Part shown: positions 62,923 to 64,000 of the stretch, piece after piece | How the letters are laid out: each line of letters begins with the position of its first letter | Position numbering within the stretch: position 1 is the stretch's first letter | Assembly (NCBI GenBank): GCA_043228905.1 | Contig: JBHGNT010000001.1 | Span: forward strand, 19,220,001-19,284,000 | Direction: 5' to 3' | Source: Azolla caroliniana | Lineage: Eukaryota; Plantae; Polypodiophyta | DNA length: 64,000 nucleotides | Made by a program: the position numbers and the translations under genes | Notes under the pieces: generated by a model | Told to the model about the DNA's origin: nothing | What the model saw: only the letters and a program-made list of their open reading frames with translations | Databases searched by the model: none

Positions 62923-63706
62923 CCGGCCCTAAGAGTTAACACAGTTTTTGGCGACCACGATTCCTGTTTTTGAAGTGAACGACGACATGAATGGATGACT
63001 AGATCAACGCACGACCTGGTTACAGATCGAACTCGACACCTTGCCGAAAGTCAAAGAAGACGTGAGGCTTTCCAGCAAGCGGTGCAGGAAATTACAGCGG
63101 ATCGCTTGTTTTCCAACATAATCCGGAGAGTAGCGGAGGAGTCCCTCCGGTTACAGCAAACATTGCACCCGGACGACGGCAGCAGCCTAATAAGCCTCCG
63201 GGAAACCGAATCCCTTCTCCAGGCGTTGGCAAGCGGAGAAGGCAAAGCATAAGCCTTTTCAGTGTATGAATTGGATTCCGAAGGGGGATACAACGTGCAC
63301 ACGAACTACCGTAGCAGCAACGACACCCTGGGCGGACCAGAGGACGAAGGATCGGACACCTTACCGACCCCGGAAACGAAAGTGCTAAGGCTGCAACCTC
63401 CGGAACCAGAAGCAGTGGAAGAGCGACCTCCGACACCGGAAGTCGAGGAGGAGAGGCCTCCATCACCAAAAGAAGAGGAAAGACCACCGACGCCGGAGAC
63501 AAATAAGGAACGACCACTGACACTGGAGGAAAACCAGGAACAACCACCAATACCACCAACCCGCGCACCGATACCGGACGACGACATGCCGTTCCAGTAC
63601 TCCAAGTATAGAGATGATCCGGACGCGGAAGCTCATGTTCACGCCTTTGAACAGACATGGGAAGCAAACCATGTGTCCCAGCGATTGACCCCGGAGGAAG
63701 AGGAAC
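62923..63706 (+). mobile_element. Fragment K of the C-family Gypsy: last ~19 bp of 5' LTR, PBS, gag N-terminus
   Basis: ccggccctaagagttaaca resembles the C LTR end; PBS TGGCGACCAC at 62949; gag (ERPPTPE repeats, MPFQYSKYRDDPDAEAHV) homologous to C 21270-21950. Confidence 0.8.
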
Positions 63707-64000
63707 TGTCAGGAATAGTACTAAAGCAGAGATGGAATTAGTACTAAGAAGAGTAGTACTATTAGTACTAAGAGGACGGGACTGCGTAAGATTCCCGAGA
63801 GAGAGGAAGTGAGAAGAGGAGAGAGAGAGAAATAGGATGATGACAGCAGCTCTTATATTATATGAAAGATAAGTACAAATCGGCTAAGAGGCTTAAGACT
63901 GGTATTGAACCAATTTGGTTCAAAACAATGCCTTGTGCCTCCTTTTATAGTGTTTTTAGGAATAATCCTGAAGCTTCTAGAATGTTCCAGAGAGATCTGG
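63707..64000. repeat. Probable LTR of another element inserted in K gag (continues off window)
   Basis: Gag homology stops abruptly at TGTCAGG, followed by a GA-rich tract and a CCTTTTATAG TATA-like motif in minus orientation. Confidence 0.5.

Noticed and set aside
63700-63710. Shared breakpoint between the insertion in K gag and the deletion in C gag (~21270)
   Set aside because: Different event types and only two cases; treated as coincidence.

Overview
Eukaryotic nuclear DNA, probably from a non-seed land plant such as a fern (inferred from TE lineages and a GeBP-type gene). It is almost entirely nested LTR retrotransposons around one intact host gene, a 679-aa GeBP/STOREKEEPER-like factor at 44827-46866 (-). 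Elements resolved: Athila/Tat-like non-chromovirus Ty3/Gypsy copies A, C, E, H, I and K; Ty1/Copia elements B, D, F and J, of which B and F have near-identical LTRs and perfect TSDs; a second Gypsy lineage (G); a LINE remnant; and a 6 x 517-bp tandem array. The main discovery is in the three Athila-like elements whose 3' ends survive (A, C, E). In each, the polypurine tract is replaced by a tRNA-Arg-like 3' half: T-arm, an inserted covarying hairpin, acceptor 3' strand and encoded CCA. It ends exactly 2 nt before the 3' LTR, suggesting tRNA-primed or tRNA-mimic-primed plus-strand synthesis. A fourth relative (H) integrated with U3 ends on both sides. All four carry a conserved non-env extra ORF after pol.
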